Assembly (NCBI GenBank): GCA_965215885.1 | Contig: CBDCEW010000103.1 | Location: forward strand, 1-64,000 | Source: Candidatus Moanibacter sp. | GTDB taxonomy: Bacteria; Verrucomicrobiota; Verrucomicrobiia; Opitutales; UBA2987 | Reading direction: 5' to 3' | DNA: 64,000 nt | In this document: one piece after another, positions 51,752-61,000 of the stretch | Position numbering within the stretch: position 1 is the first letter of the stretch | Layout of the letters: every line of letters begins with the position of its first letter | Program-made: the position numbers and the translations under genes | Notes under the pieces: model-generated | The model's database searches: none | What the model saw: only the letters and a program-made list of their open reading frames with translations | Told to the model about the DNA's origin: nothing

Positions 51752-52707
51752 AGACCATAATCATCGGAGCCGGAGGGATGGCCCAGCACCACCTCCGCGA
51801 AATCCTCAGACAGCGAAGAACCACGCAGGTGGTCGGAGTGGTCGAAATAAGCGACGCTTCGCGAAAACGCACCGCATTCACCTTTGGGCAGTACAATATG
51901 ACCTGTCCTCCGTTTTATGCCTCTCTGAGAGAGCTCTTGAAAAACGGCCATGAACCCGACGCGGCGCTGATCGCTACACCGCATAAGTTTCACTGCGAAA
52001 ACGTTTGCGATTGCCTGCGTGCCGGAATCGATGTTCTCGTCGAAAAACCCATGGTCCTAGACGTGAGGGAGGCCCGAAAAGTCATTCGGCTCCGCGACAA
52101 GACCGGTAGGTTGGTTGTGGTCGCGTTTAATGGAAGCCTGTCGCCCGCCATTCATAAGGCGAAAGCACTCCTCGCGAAGGGATTGATTGGTCGAGTTACA
52201 GGGATATGCGCTCATGTCCACCAGGACTGGAAAGACGCCCAAATCGGAACATGGCGCCAGAATCCGGCTATTTCCGGAGGCGGATTCCTCTTTGATACCG
52301 GCTCCCATATGATCAATACTGTGGTTGACCTCATCGATGCGGAGATTGAAGCGTTGTTCGTGGTATCTGATAACCTCGGAATGCCGGTAGAGATAAACTC
52401 TTCCGTCAGCGGCAGGTTTCGCAACGGCGTTACCTTCTCCCTGATCGGCATCGGTGCTTCTATCCATTGTACTTCCCAGATCCGCATCTTCGGCGACAAA
52501 GGCGTGTTAGAAACCGGAATCTGGGGCGAACGTCTCCTCCACCTTCCTGTCAATGCGAGGGATTACCGTCCCATTCCTTTTCGGAAAGGCAGGAAACCCT
52601 GGGTTCAGTTTCTCAAGGTGAGGGAGGGAAAAATCGAAAACCCCTCGCCTCCTGAAATAGGACTTCGTTTTGCCCGGCTCATGGATCGCATTCGCCAAAG
52701 TACCTGA
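51742..52707 (+). CDS. Gfo/Idh/MocA oxidoreductase (start uncertain)
   Basis: KTIIIGAGGMA, IATPH, VEKP, GGGFLFDTGSH. Confidence 0.8.
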   Translation: MKVKTIIIGAGGMAQHHLREILRQRRTTQVVGVVEISDASRKRTAFTFGQYNMTCPPFYASLRELLKNGHEPDAALIATPHKFHCENVCDCLRAGIDVLVEKPMVLDVREARKVIRLRDKTGRLVVVAFNGSLSPAIHKAKALLAKGLIGRVTGICAHVHQDWKDAQIGTWRQNPAISGGGFLFDTGSHMINTVVDLIDAEIEALFVVSDNLGMPVEINSSVSGRFRNGVTFSLIGIGASIHCTSQIRIFGDKGVLETGIWGERLLHLPVNARDYRPIPFRKGRKPWVQFLKVREGKIENPSPPEIGLRFARLMDRIRQST

Positions 52708-52798
52708 ACACCGAACCCTGAACTCCAAACTTCCTGGCACGCCATCTTTTCACGACGAAGAGTCCCGCCCAGAAGGAGGTAGGGCATTCATTTCTTCT

Positions 52799-52883
52799 GT
52801 GTAGCCGCGGTCGCCAAGGACGCGGACCGACGGGCTCGCAACGATGTTCCAATCCACCGCGTCCTTGGCGGCCTCGGCTACAC
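52799..52883. repeat. REPIN-like doublet of GTAG-family REPs
   Basis: 27-bp inverted arms (2 mismatches); homologous to 60796-60868. Confidence 0.85.
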
Positions 52884-52930
52884 CTTCGGCTGATACACCG
52901 AAAGGCTAAATCTCGTTATCCTATTCCTAT

Positions 52931-52970
52931 CTCTGTGTGCCTCTGTGGTTCTCGGTGATCCTCTGTGACC
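52931..52970. repeat. Four-unit tandem repeat with 10-bp period (CTCTGTG core)
   Basis: ctctgtgtgc ctctgtggtt ctcggtgatc ctctgtgacc. Confidence 0.8.
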
Positions 52971-53000
52971 CTTCTTCTCTCTCCTGAACCCTTATGCAAA

Positions 53001-53630
53001 TCATCTGAATCCCGGCGCCAGGGGAACGATACACATCAACATGAGAAGCAAGTAGATCAACCCCGCCAGCCGGCGCAGCTTGTTGAGCGAACGTATCGAA
53101 ACAGGTTCAGGAACCCTCTCCCCGAAAAGAGCAGTTAAGGTAGCGAGATAGGCCCACCACAACATCGATCCGATCCCGACTCCAAACCCCAATAGCAGTG
53201 TATCAATGACCCCATATTGACGAAAGTGCGGAAACAGGTGGAGGCTAACCGCAATGAAGTACGATAAATATCCGAAGAACCGCATGGGCATTGAGAAGGC
53301 GAGAGAAAAGGAGTGCATTCCCTTTAAAGGACCGGTGTATTCCAAAGAGACGACACGATTTGCGCCCACCGCGGTAATACTCATATAGAAGAGTACCGCG
53401 GCAGCGCAAATCCTGTAGAGCCAATCAAGCTCGAAGGAGTAGCGCGCCGTCATAAAAAGTAAACCCGAGGCCACTGCTGCCCAGATCACCTGTGCCGAGG
53501 CAATGCCCAGCCCAGCAGCCATTCCCGTCATCCAACCAGCGCTTCCGTCATCTTCCAGATCGCTCCTGGAAACGTCGCCACCGAGAAGACAACGCCGAGG
53601 ACGATTCCTACAAATATTAAGAAGACGGAG
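53001..53630 (-). pseudogene. LysE-like membrane transporter; 5' part frameshifted, no start codon found
   Basis: Upstream frame FLIFVGIVLGVVFSVATFPGAIW, then GWMTGMAAGLG; GVGIGSMLWW; abuts a MITE. Confidence 0.55.
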
Positions 53631-53714
53631 CTAGGAATCTGTCGGACTTAGAATTCCTAGCATCCCCATGGTGCAGATTGAAGTGGTTGCAGATCGAGAT
53701 TCCGCCCTAGATAG

Positions 53715-55629
53715 ACCCGATTCGAAAAGCCTTTCGAGCGGGCGGTTTAAGGTTCTCCGCCACGGGCGGACCAGCCTATGGCTGGCAGGTTTCGGGTTTT
53801 AGGCTGCCGGCGCTGCCGATGAGCAGGTATTGAGCGGCCATCGGCGTGGCTTGCTGCACAATACGTATATTTGCCGCTGTCTGGAGGCATACTCATCCCG
53901 TGGTGCTTTTTTCTCTGAGCTTCAAAGCGGTCAGATTCAGGCTGCCTGTTCCAGTTCCTCCCCTCGGCGTTTCTTCATCAGTATGATGCGGCAGAAGTTG
54001 TAGGCCAGAACCTTCTCGAGCAGTTCATCGCCTACCGCATCGATGCCGCGGCGGCCGAGTTCGCCAAAGGCAAATCCATCTTTAATCGTGAACATCAGCG
54101 ACTCCACTGCGGAGCGATCGCGGCGTGCCTCGCGATACGCCTCGCTCTCCCAGTCCTCGGGGGTGGTCAACTTCTTGCCCTTCGCCCCACTGATACTGAT
54201 CTGCTTTACCCCCATGCTCAGCACCTCCTTGCGTCCCTTCGCCGAAGCATATCCGTCATCGGTGCTGACCAGTTCAGCAATGACACCGGTGCGCTTGATC
54301 GAATCGCCGATGGCCGGCGCCAGCTCAATGGAGTCTGCCGCGTTGCCTTGCGGTACGATCAGGCTGGTGACAAAACCGTTTTCGCTGCGAACCAGTTGTG
54401 GCTTGTACCCGATCACTGGATTGCGGCTGCCCTTCTTGATGTAGGCCGCCGATCCGTCCGAGAGGCTCAGGACCTTCTGTGTGGACGGTAGCTTCTTTTC
54501 GTGAAACACCCGATCATGAGCATACTCAACAACCCGCTTGGCGTCGGCAATATCGCCCCTGATCTGGCTCAATGCCCGCTCCAGAAGCTCCCGGCGAGTG
54601 GGAGGCAGTGAATCCATCGACAGGCCCTCTTCAAGATGGCTCAGTTCCCCCGTTAGTGAGTCGGCCGCCTTGCGGCCCCGCTTGAGCAACCGCCGGTAGT
54701 GTTTCTTCAGCTTGCCCTTCGACTTCGGTTTGCCCGCGGCCAGACAAATCTGAAACTCCAGCTTGTCCATCTCCTGCAGCCAACGCCCAACCCATCCCTT
54801 GCGAAAATCCTCCAGCCCGAATATATGCAACTTCTGACCCAAACGATTGGCCCGCATCAAAAGACCGCTCAGAATCCTCCCATCGGTGGGCCAGCAGCTG
54901 TTTGCTTTCACCGAGGTGCTGTCGATCGTCAGCTTCCCGAAATCGTCCCATTGCTCCTGGAGGATAAACCCAATCTGTTTATCAAAGATCAGCTCGCGGG
55001 TCCTATGGCTGACCAGGTTCACGTTCTCCAGAATCGTCGTCACCGCCGGCATCCTCAGTCCCCGCCTCTGAAGAAATCCGTACAAGCTCATCGACTCGCG
55101 CAGAAACCGCCGTGCCGGTTTCGTGGTCAACGAACCGAGAAACCCACGAATCATCACGAACACGTATACCGCATAAGCCGGCATCCGCGGCCGGCCTACC
55201 GCAAGATTCAATTCAGCAGCCAGAATATTCTCCTCCTCGATGTCCAGCTCCGGCAGCTCCGCTGTGCGCCCTTCAAAGAACCTTCGATCTTCCAATCGAA
55301 GTTTCTTCTTCTCACGCGCATGGGCGTCCAGATCCTTCTCGATCGCCTCGATGATTTGCGGCGCGAACCCGGCCAATTCTTCAACTTCATCCAGAAAATC
55401 ACGGAAATCCGTGTCTGGAACCGGCAGAATGAGGTTGCTAAGGGGCGTCTTATCGCTTTTGTTCTCCTCTGTCGCACATGTTGGCATGTTTAACTCCTTT
55501 CTTAATCTTAGGTTGTTAAACACTAGCATGTTGCGACACTTTTTATCAAGCCAAAAAATGATTTTTCTCAAGTTTTTCTTGCGCCTTTTGCGCCTCTTTG
55601 CGGCCAATCAGTAGCTTTTCGGATAAGGT
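53715..55629 (-). mobile_element. IS5-like/ISNCY insertion sequence, copy 1 (1915 bp)
   Basis: IRs ACCCGATTCGAAAAGC / ACCTTATCCGAAAAGC; flanked by CTAGATAG; exact ends ambiguous by up to 3 bp. Confidence 0.9.
53937..55487 (-). CDS. DDE transposase
   Basis: IDSTSVKAN, STDDGY, RSAVES; SD AAGGAG upstream of ATG 55487. Confidence 0.88.
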   Translation of the reverse strand: MPTCATEENKSDKTPLSNLILPVPDTDFRDFLDEVEELAGFAPQIIEAIEKDLDAHAREKKKLRLEDRRFFEGRTAELPELDIEEENILAAELNLAVGRPRMPAYAVYVFVMIRGFLGSLTTKPARRFLRESMSLYGFLQRRGLRMPAVTTILENVNLVSHRTRELIFDKQIGFILQEQWDDFGKLTIDSTSVKANSCWPTDGRILSGLLMRANRLGQKLHIFGLEDFRKGWVGRWLQEMDKLEFQICLAAGKPKSKGKLKKHYRRLLKRGRKAADSLTGELSHLEEGLSMDSLPPTRRELLERALSQIRGDIADAKRVVEYAHDRVFHEKKLPSTQKVLSLSDGSAAYIKKGSRNPVIGYKPQLVRSENGFVTSLIVPQGNAADSIELAPAIGDSIKRTGVIAELVSTDDGYASAKGRKEVLSMGVKQISISGAKGKKLTTPEDWESEAYREARRDRSAVESLMFTIKDGFAFGELGRRGIDAVGDELLEKVLAYNFCRIILMKKRRGEELEQAA

Positions 55630-55637
55630 CTAGATAG

Positions 55638-57552
55638 ACCCCATTCGAAAAGCCTTTCGAGCGGGCGGTTTAAGGTTCTCCGCCACGGGCGGACCAGCCT
55701 ATGGCTGGCAGGTTTCGGGTTTTAGGCTGCCGGCGCTGCCGATGAGCAGGTATTGAGCGGCCATCGGCGTGGCTTGCTGCACAATACGTATATTTGCCGC
55801 TGTCTGGAGGCATACTCATCCCGTGGTGCTTTTTTCTCTGAGCTTCAAAGCGGTCAGATTCAGGCTGCCTGTTCCAGTTCCTCCCCTCGGCGTTTCTTCA
55901 TCAGTATGATGCGGCAGAAGTTGTAGGCCAGAACCTTCTCGAGCAGTTCATCGCCTACCGCATCGATGCCGCGGCGGCCGAGTTCGCCAAAGGCAAATCC
56001 ATCTTTAATCGTGAACATCAGCGACTCCACTGCGGAGCGATCGCGGCGTGCCTCGCGATACGCCTCGCTCTCCCAGTCCTCGGGGGTGGTCAACTTCTTG
56101 CCCTTCGCCCCACTGATACTGATCTGCTTTACCCCCATGCTCAGCACCTCCTTGCGTCCCTTCGCCGAAGCATATCCGTCATCGGTGCTGACCAGTTCAG
56201 CAATGACACCGGTGCGCTTGATCGAATCGCCGATGGCCGGCGCCAGCTCAATGGAGTCTGCCGCGTTGCCTTGCGGTACGATCAGGCTGGTGACAAAACC
56301 GTTTTCGCTGCGAACCAGTTGTGGCTTGTACCCGATCACTGGATTGCGGCTGCCCTTCTTGATGTAGGCCGCCGATCCGTCCGAGAGGCTCAGGACCTTC
56401 TGTGTGGACGGTAGCTTCTTTTCGTGAAACACCCGATCATGAGCATACTCAACAACCCGCTTGGCGTCGGCAATATCGCCCCTGATCTGGCTCAATGCCC
56501 GCTCCAGAAGCTCCCGGCGAGTGGGAGGCAGTGAATCCATCGACAGGCCCTCTTCAAGATGGCTCAGTTCCCCCGTTAGTGAGTCGGCCGCCTTGCGGCC
56601 CCGCTTGAGCAACCGCCGGTAGTGTTTCTTCAGCTTGCCCTTCGACTTCGGTTTGCCCGCGGCCAGACAAATCTGAAACTCCAGCTTGTCCATTTCCTCC
56701 AGCCAACGCCCAACCCATCCCTTGCGAAAATCCTCCAGCCCGAAGACATGCAACTTCTGACCCAAACGATTGGCCCGCATCAAAAGACCGCTCAGAATCT
56801 TCCCATCGGTGGGCCAGCAGCTGTTTGCTTTCACCGAGGTGCTGTCGATCGTCAGCTTCCCGAAATCGTCCCATTGCTCCTGGAGGATAAACCCAATCTG
56901 TTTATCAAAGATCAACTCGCGGGTCGTATGGCTGACCAGGTTCACGTTCTCCAGAATCGTCGTCACCGCCGGCATTCTCAGTCCCCCGCTCTGCAAAAAT
57001 CCGTACAAGCTCATCGACTCGCGCACAAACCGCCGTGCCGGTTTCGTGGTCAACGAACCCAGAAACCCTCGAATCATCACGAACACGTATACCGCATAAG
57101 CCGGCATCCGCGGCCGGCCTGCCCCAAGATTCAATTCAGCAGCCAGAATATTCTCCTCCTCGATGTCCAGCTCCGGCAGCTCCGCTGTGCGCCCTTCAAA
57201 GAACCTGCGATCTTCCAATCGAAGTTTCTTCTTCTCACGCGCATGGGCGTCCAGATCCTTCTCGATCGCCTCGATGATTTGCGCCGCGAACCCGGCCAAT
57301 TCTTCAACTTCATCCAGAAAATCACGGAAATCCGTGTCTGGAACCGGCAGAATGAGGTTGCTAAGGGGCGTCTTATCGCTTTTGTTCTCCTCTGTCGCAC
57401 ATGTTGGCATGTTTAACTCCTTTCTTAATCTTAGGTTGTTAAACACTAGCATGTTGCGACACTTTTTATCAAGCCAAAAAATGATTTTTCTCAAGTTTTT
57501 CTTGCGCCTTTTGCGCCTCTTTGCGGCCAATCAGTAGCTTTTCGGATAAGGT
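55638..57552 (-). mobile_element. IS5-like/ISNCY insertion sequence, copy 2 (1915 bp)
   Basis: Head-to-tail with copy 1, separated and followed by CTAGATAG. Confidence 0.9.
55860..57410 (-). CDS. DDE transposase
   Basis: Near-identical to the copy 1 transposase. Confidence 0.88.
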   Translation of the reverse strand: MPTCATEENKSDKTPLSNLILPVPDTDFRDFLDEVEELAGFAAQIIEAIEKDLDAHAREKKKLRLEDRRFFEGRTAELPELDIEEENILAAELNLGAGRPRMPAYAVYVFVMIRGFLGSLTTKPARRFVRESMSLYGFLQSGGLRMPAVTTILENVNLVSHTTRELIFDKQIGFILQEQWDDFGKLTIDSTSVKANSCWPTDGKILSGLLMRANRLGQKLHVFGLEDFRKGWVGRWLEEMDKLEFQICLAAGKPKSKGKLKKHYRRLLKRGRKAADSLTGELSHLEEGLSMDSLPPTRRELLERALSQIRGDIADAKRVVEYAHDRVFHEKKLPSTQKVLSLSDGSAAYIKKGSRNPVIGYKPQLVRSENGFVTSLIVPQGNAADSIELAPAIGDSIKRTGVIAELVSTDDGYASAKGRKEVLSMGVKQISISGAKGKKLTTPEDWESEAYREARRDRSAVESLMFTIKDGFAFGELGRRGIDAVGDELLEKVLAYNFCRIILMKKRRGEELEQAA

Positions 57553-57573
57553 CTAGATAGGACCGACAGATTC

Positions 57574-58389
57574 CTAGCGCATCAATGGTAAAACAAAGAT
57601 AATCTCGCTACTCTCTTCTCCTCTATTGATAAAATCTATCTGACCATTGTGCCGGTTTGCAAACTGTACCGCAAAATATAACTCAGGCTGCCTTTCACCA
57701 AGCCCTTCCAATCGGTCAATTTTGGGATCGGAAATCTCTTCCAACTGCGCCTCGCAAATACTCGTCTCAACCTTCTCAACACCGATTGCTACGGCCGAGT
57801 CTCTGCCTCTCAGCGGTTCCGGAATAGCCTCCATATATTTCGATTCACTCGACCTGAAGCGCTTTACGTAGATCTCTACATCCTTTCCTCTCGAGGTATC
57901 CCGCCCCGTGCCCATTATGAGGTGCATAAGACCCTGCCGCAGCCAGACTCGGTCCAGCATTAAAGGAAATTCCCCTTCTTCCACAGAGACGGCAAAATTA
58001 ACACCGTTAGGCATTGCCGCTTTCAGGAGATACACTTGGCTCTTTACGAACTCCCCCAGATCGACGAGCGCCCGTTCTCCACGTCGCTCACCGTTGATTT
58101 CGGCAATTTGCCTCACAATCGTATGGGCGCGATTAGAACTATCCCGAAGCAGCTGCAGATCTTCCTGGAGCGGATGGTCCTGATCGATCGAGTCGGAGCA
58201 ATTCGCGCTTAACGAACTAATTCCTGTAATCAGATTGCTGAAATCGTGTAGCAGACCACCTATCGCGCCGGACTGGGCGCGTGCCGAAGATGCCCTGAGA
58301 ATGAACTCTTCGAACCGTGAAACCCTGGCCTCATTTAATGTCGTTGCCCTTAACCGTGTCTGTGTGGCGGGGTCGTGCAGGATACTCAT
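57574..58389 (-). CDS. Sensor-less histidine-kinase-like protein with degenerate ATPase motifs
   Basis: H-box LLHDFSNLITGI retained; N, G1 and G2 boxes not recognisable. Confidence 0.7.
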   Translation of the reverse strand: MSILHDPATQTRLRATTLNEARVSRFEEFILRASSARAQSGAIGGLLHDFSNLITGISSLSANCSDSIDQDHPLQEDLQLLRDSSNRAHTIVRQIAEINGERRGERALVDLGEFVKSQVYLLKAAMPNGVNFAVSVEEGEFPLMLDRVWLRQGLMHLIMGTGRDTSRGKDVEIYVKRFRSSESKYMEAIPEPLRGRDSAVAIGVEKVETSICEAQLEEISDPKIDRLEGLGERQPELYFAVQFANRHNGQIDFINRGEESSEIIFVLPLMR

Positions 58390-58395
58390 TGTGCA

Positions 58396-59820
58396 CTACG
58401 CATTCTCTTGGAAACGATATTGCTTGAGTTTATTGCGCAGTGTCCGGCTGCTGATTTTGAGCAGCTTAGCCGCGTGCGTTCGATTCCCCCCCGTCAACTC
58501 GAGCGAGTAGAAAATGTGGCGTCTCTGCATTTCCTCCATCGTGGGAACGGAAAGGTCCCCTGAATCCAGCGACATTCTTTCACTCCCGACTGCAATTCCG
58601 TTTAATCCGGAATTCTGTCGCAGGAACCCTGCGGATTTCTCAGCCTCGCTTCCGCGACGACTCACCAAACCCAGTGCGGCAGGTTCAATAACGTCACCAT
58701 CCTCGGAGAGGATGACTACCCTTTCGATCAAGTTTTTTAATTCCCGTATGTTTCCGGGCCAATCATGTGCCACCAGGCATTCATTCGCCTCCTCGGCGAT
58801 ACCCCGAATCTTTACCCCATGCTGACGACTGAGCCTTTCCTCGAAGTGCTTCGCCAACATAGGTATGTCTTCTCTTCGTTCCCTCAGAGGCGGATTCACT
58901 ATCGGGAAAACATTGAGCCGATAATAGAGATCCTCACGAAACACGCCCTTTTGCACGCACTTCGCCAGATCCCTGTTTGTCGTGGCAATAACTCGCACAT
59001 CGACCCTGATTGTCTTACTTCCTCCTACCCGCTCAAATTCACTCTCCTGCAAGACACGAAGTAATTTCGCCTGCAACGCCGGTGATATCTCGCTCACTTC
59101 ATCCAGAAGGATGGTCCCTCCATCGGCCAATTCAAAACGTCCTTCGTGCCGCCTGTCCGCCCCCGTAAAGGCGCCTTTCTCGTGCCCGAAAAATTCGCTC
59201 TCTATTAAGGTCTCCGATACAGAGGCGCAGTTTACTTTTATGAAGGGTGCTCCGCCACGCCTGCTCGCCTTGTGAATCTCGCTCGCTATCAGCTCCTTGC
59301 CCGTTCCACTCTCACCCTGTATCAACACCGTGGCTTTTTTCGGCGCTACTTTTCTAATCAGCTTTCGCACATTCCCGATGGCTCTGCTGCTGCCCATCAG
59401 TTCCGACCTCTCATCATCACCCTGACTGTAGAATCTGTTGACTTTTACGAGGTGGCTATACGTTTCCGCCTTCCTGATAACCATCTCTATCTGATTTATT
59501 GAAAATGGCTTTATCAGGTAGTCAAACGCTCCCGCTCGCATGCAATTCACTGCCGACTCGACCGATGCATAACCCGTCATCATCACAACCAGAGTCGGGT
59601 CCTGTTTCTTCATGATCGTCCTTAGCAGCTCCGTTCCATCTCCGTCCGGTAGCCGCAGATCCATGAATACCAGTTCAAACTGGTCCCTCTGTAGATATCG
59701 ATTCGCCGCTTTTATCGTGGCCGCCGTTGCTACAGTATACCGCTTCTTTTGCAGTTGCTGTTGCAGCGATTTCCGAATGATTAACTCGTCGTCTAAGACT
59801 AGGATCTTCTCGAATGCCAC
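58396..59820 (-). CDS. Sigma54-dependent response regulator
   Basis: KILVLDDE, FMDLRLPDG, GESGTGKE, GAFTGA, WPGNIREL, Fis-type HTH; GTG start inferred. Confidence 0.92.
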   Translation of the reverse strand: MAFEKILVLDDELIIRKSLQQQLQKKRYTVATAATIKAANRYLQRDQFELVFMDLRLPDGDGTELLRTIMKKQDPTLVVMMTGYASVESAVNCMRAGAFDYLIKPFSINQIEMVIRKAETYSHLVKVNRFYSQGDDERSELMGSSRAIGNVRKLIRKVAPKKATVLIQGESGTGKELIASEIHKASRRGGAPFIKVNCASVSETLIESEFFGHEKGAFTGADRRHEGRFELADGGTILLDEVSEISPALQAKLLRVLQESEFERVGGSKTIRVDVRVIATTNRDLAKCVQKGVFREDLYYRLNVFPIVNPPLRERREDIPMLAKHFEERLSRQHGVKIRGIAEEANECLVAHDWPGNIRELKNLIERVVILSEDGDVIEPAALGLVSRRGSEAEKSAGFLRQNSGLNGIAVGSERMSLDSGDLSVPTMEEMQRRHIFYSLELTGGNRTHAAKLLKISSRTLRNKLKQYRFQENA

Positions 59821-60058
59821 GGCTGCGATTGTCAATAAACAGGGTTCTCTTTCAGCGTTTCTTGCGACTTGAATATCGAAAACAACTGCCCAAAAAAAAC
59901 GCAAACTCTATTTTGCGCAAACTTGTAGAAAAAATGTAAACCGGTAATTCGCGTCGAAAAGTCGAATGAGAAAAATGCTTTCCTTTTCTTGGGAAATGAA
60001 AAGTATGCTATCCACTGAATTGATATGCCACCGTTCGATAATCGTGGGGAGAACAGGA

Positions 60059-60283
60059 ATGGAAAGAGGACATGCGCCGGCAAACTCGTTGCGTAGGATA
60101 ATTCACGATCTCAACGGTGAGCTCTTTCTCATAAGGGGATTCGCGGACATCACGATGGTTTCGCTCAGCGACAACGAAGTTGCCAAAAAGAACGTCACCA
60201 GGATCCTGGAAAGGTCCGATGAATTCGAGAATATCATCAAGAGGCTGCGTAAGAAGCAACAGGAGTTGGAGCCCGACCCTTGA
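60059..60283 (+). CDS. 74-aa stand-alone HisKA/DHp-like protein
   Basis: LRRIIHDLNGELFLIRGFADI plus a second amphipathic helix; purine-rich SD upstream. Confidence 0.65.
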   Translation: MERGHAPANSLRRIIHDLNGELFLIRGFADITMVSLSDNEVAKKNVTRILERSDEFENIIKRLRKKQQELEPDP

Positions 60284-60380
60284 CGATATCCGTGTTCCGC
60301 AGCCTGTCTCGGATACGCAGTGATTCATTCGCTTTAAGCCGGCTGCATTCAGGCCGATAAATTAGACAGAATCCGTGTCT

Positions 60381-60647
60381 ATGAAATCGGTCCCGGCAGA
60401 CGAAAATGGCGAAAGTGCACCCAGGAGCCAGAGAAAGAGAAAATCCCGTCGCATGTCCACAAAGTCGAAGGAGTCCGTAGCGAATTCCCAAGAGGAGCGG
60501 AAGGAGGATTCTAAGAAAGGCAAAGGGGTACGGCCTGAGGTTGTTGGTAAAGGGGAGCGCCTGGCTTCGGATCCCAATTACCCGGATGATGCGATCTTGA
60601 AAAAGATATCCAAGGACATCACTGAGGAACTCCTGGAGGACGACTAG
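60381..60647 (+). CDS. Small charged hypothetical protein
   Basis: ORF only; basic N-half and acidic helical C-terminus. Confidence 0.45.
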   Translation: MKSVPADENGESAPRSQRKRKSRRMSTKSKESVANSQEERKEDSKKGKGVRPEVVGKGERLASDPNYPDDAILKKISKDITEELLEDD

Positions 60648-60795
60648 GCCCTTACAAACTTCCCATCGTGTCATAATCGTAATCTAAAATCGACTATCGA
60701 CTCGAGATCACGGCCTGCCATGAGCCGTCGAATGGATTGAGAGTCACGATGAAAGAGGCGAGTTAGTTCATACTTCTCATCGGGAATCAAACCAC

Positions 60796-60868
60796 GTGTA
60801 GCCGCGGCCGCTAAGGACGCGGACCGACGGGCCCGCATTCACCGCGTCCTTAGCGGCCGCGGCTACAC
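60796..60868. repeat. REPIN-like doublet of GTAG-family REPs
   Basis: Perfect 27-bp inverted arms GTGTAGCCGCGGCCGCTAAGGACGCGG. Confidence 0.88.
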
Positions 60869-61000
60869 CTCGCTCTCCATCGGGCAACCCGCGATCGGAA
60901 CAGGCTCTGTCAAATCCGTGGGGCCGTTCCCTCATCGTAAACGACCGGTGAACTGCCCTATGGATCGCGGCATGCGCGAGGATCCTGGCAGTGTCCGGGT

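Larger units (their letters stand above)
53631..57577 (+). repeat. MITE family 1 copy split by the tandem IS pair (53631-53714 and 57553-57577)
   Basis: Removing the IS pair restores a ~100-bp element colinear with 21684-21781; CTAG at both ends. Confidence 0.85.

Noticed and set aside
53715..57552. Composite transposon
   Set aside because: The two IS copies abut with no cargo between them
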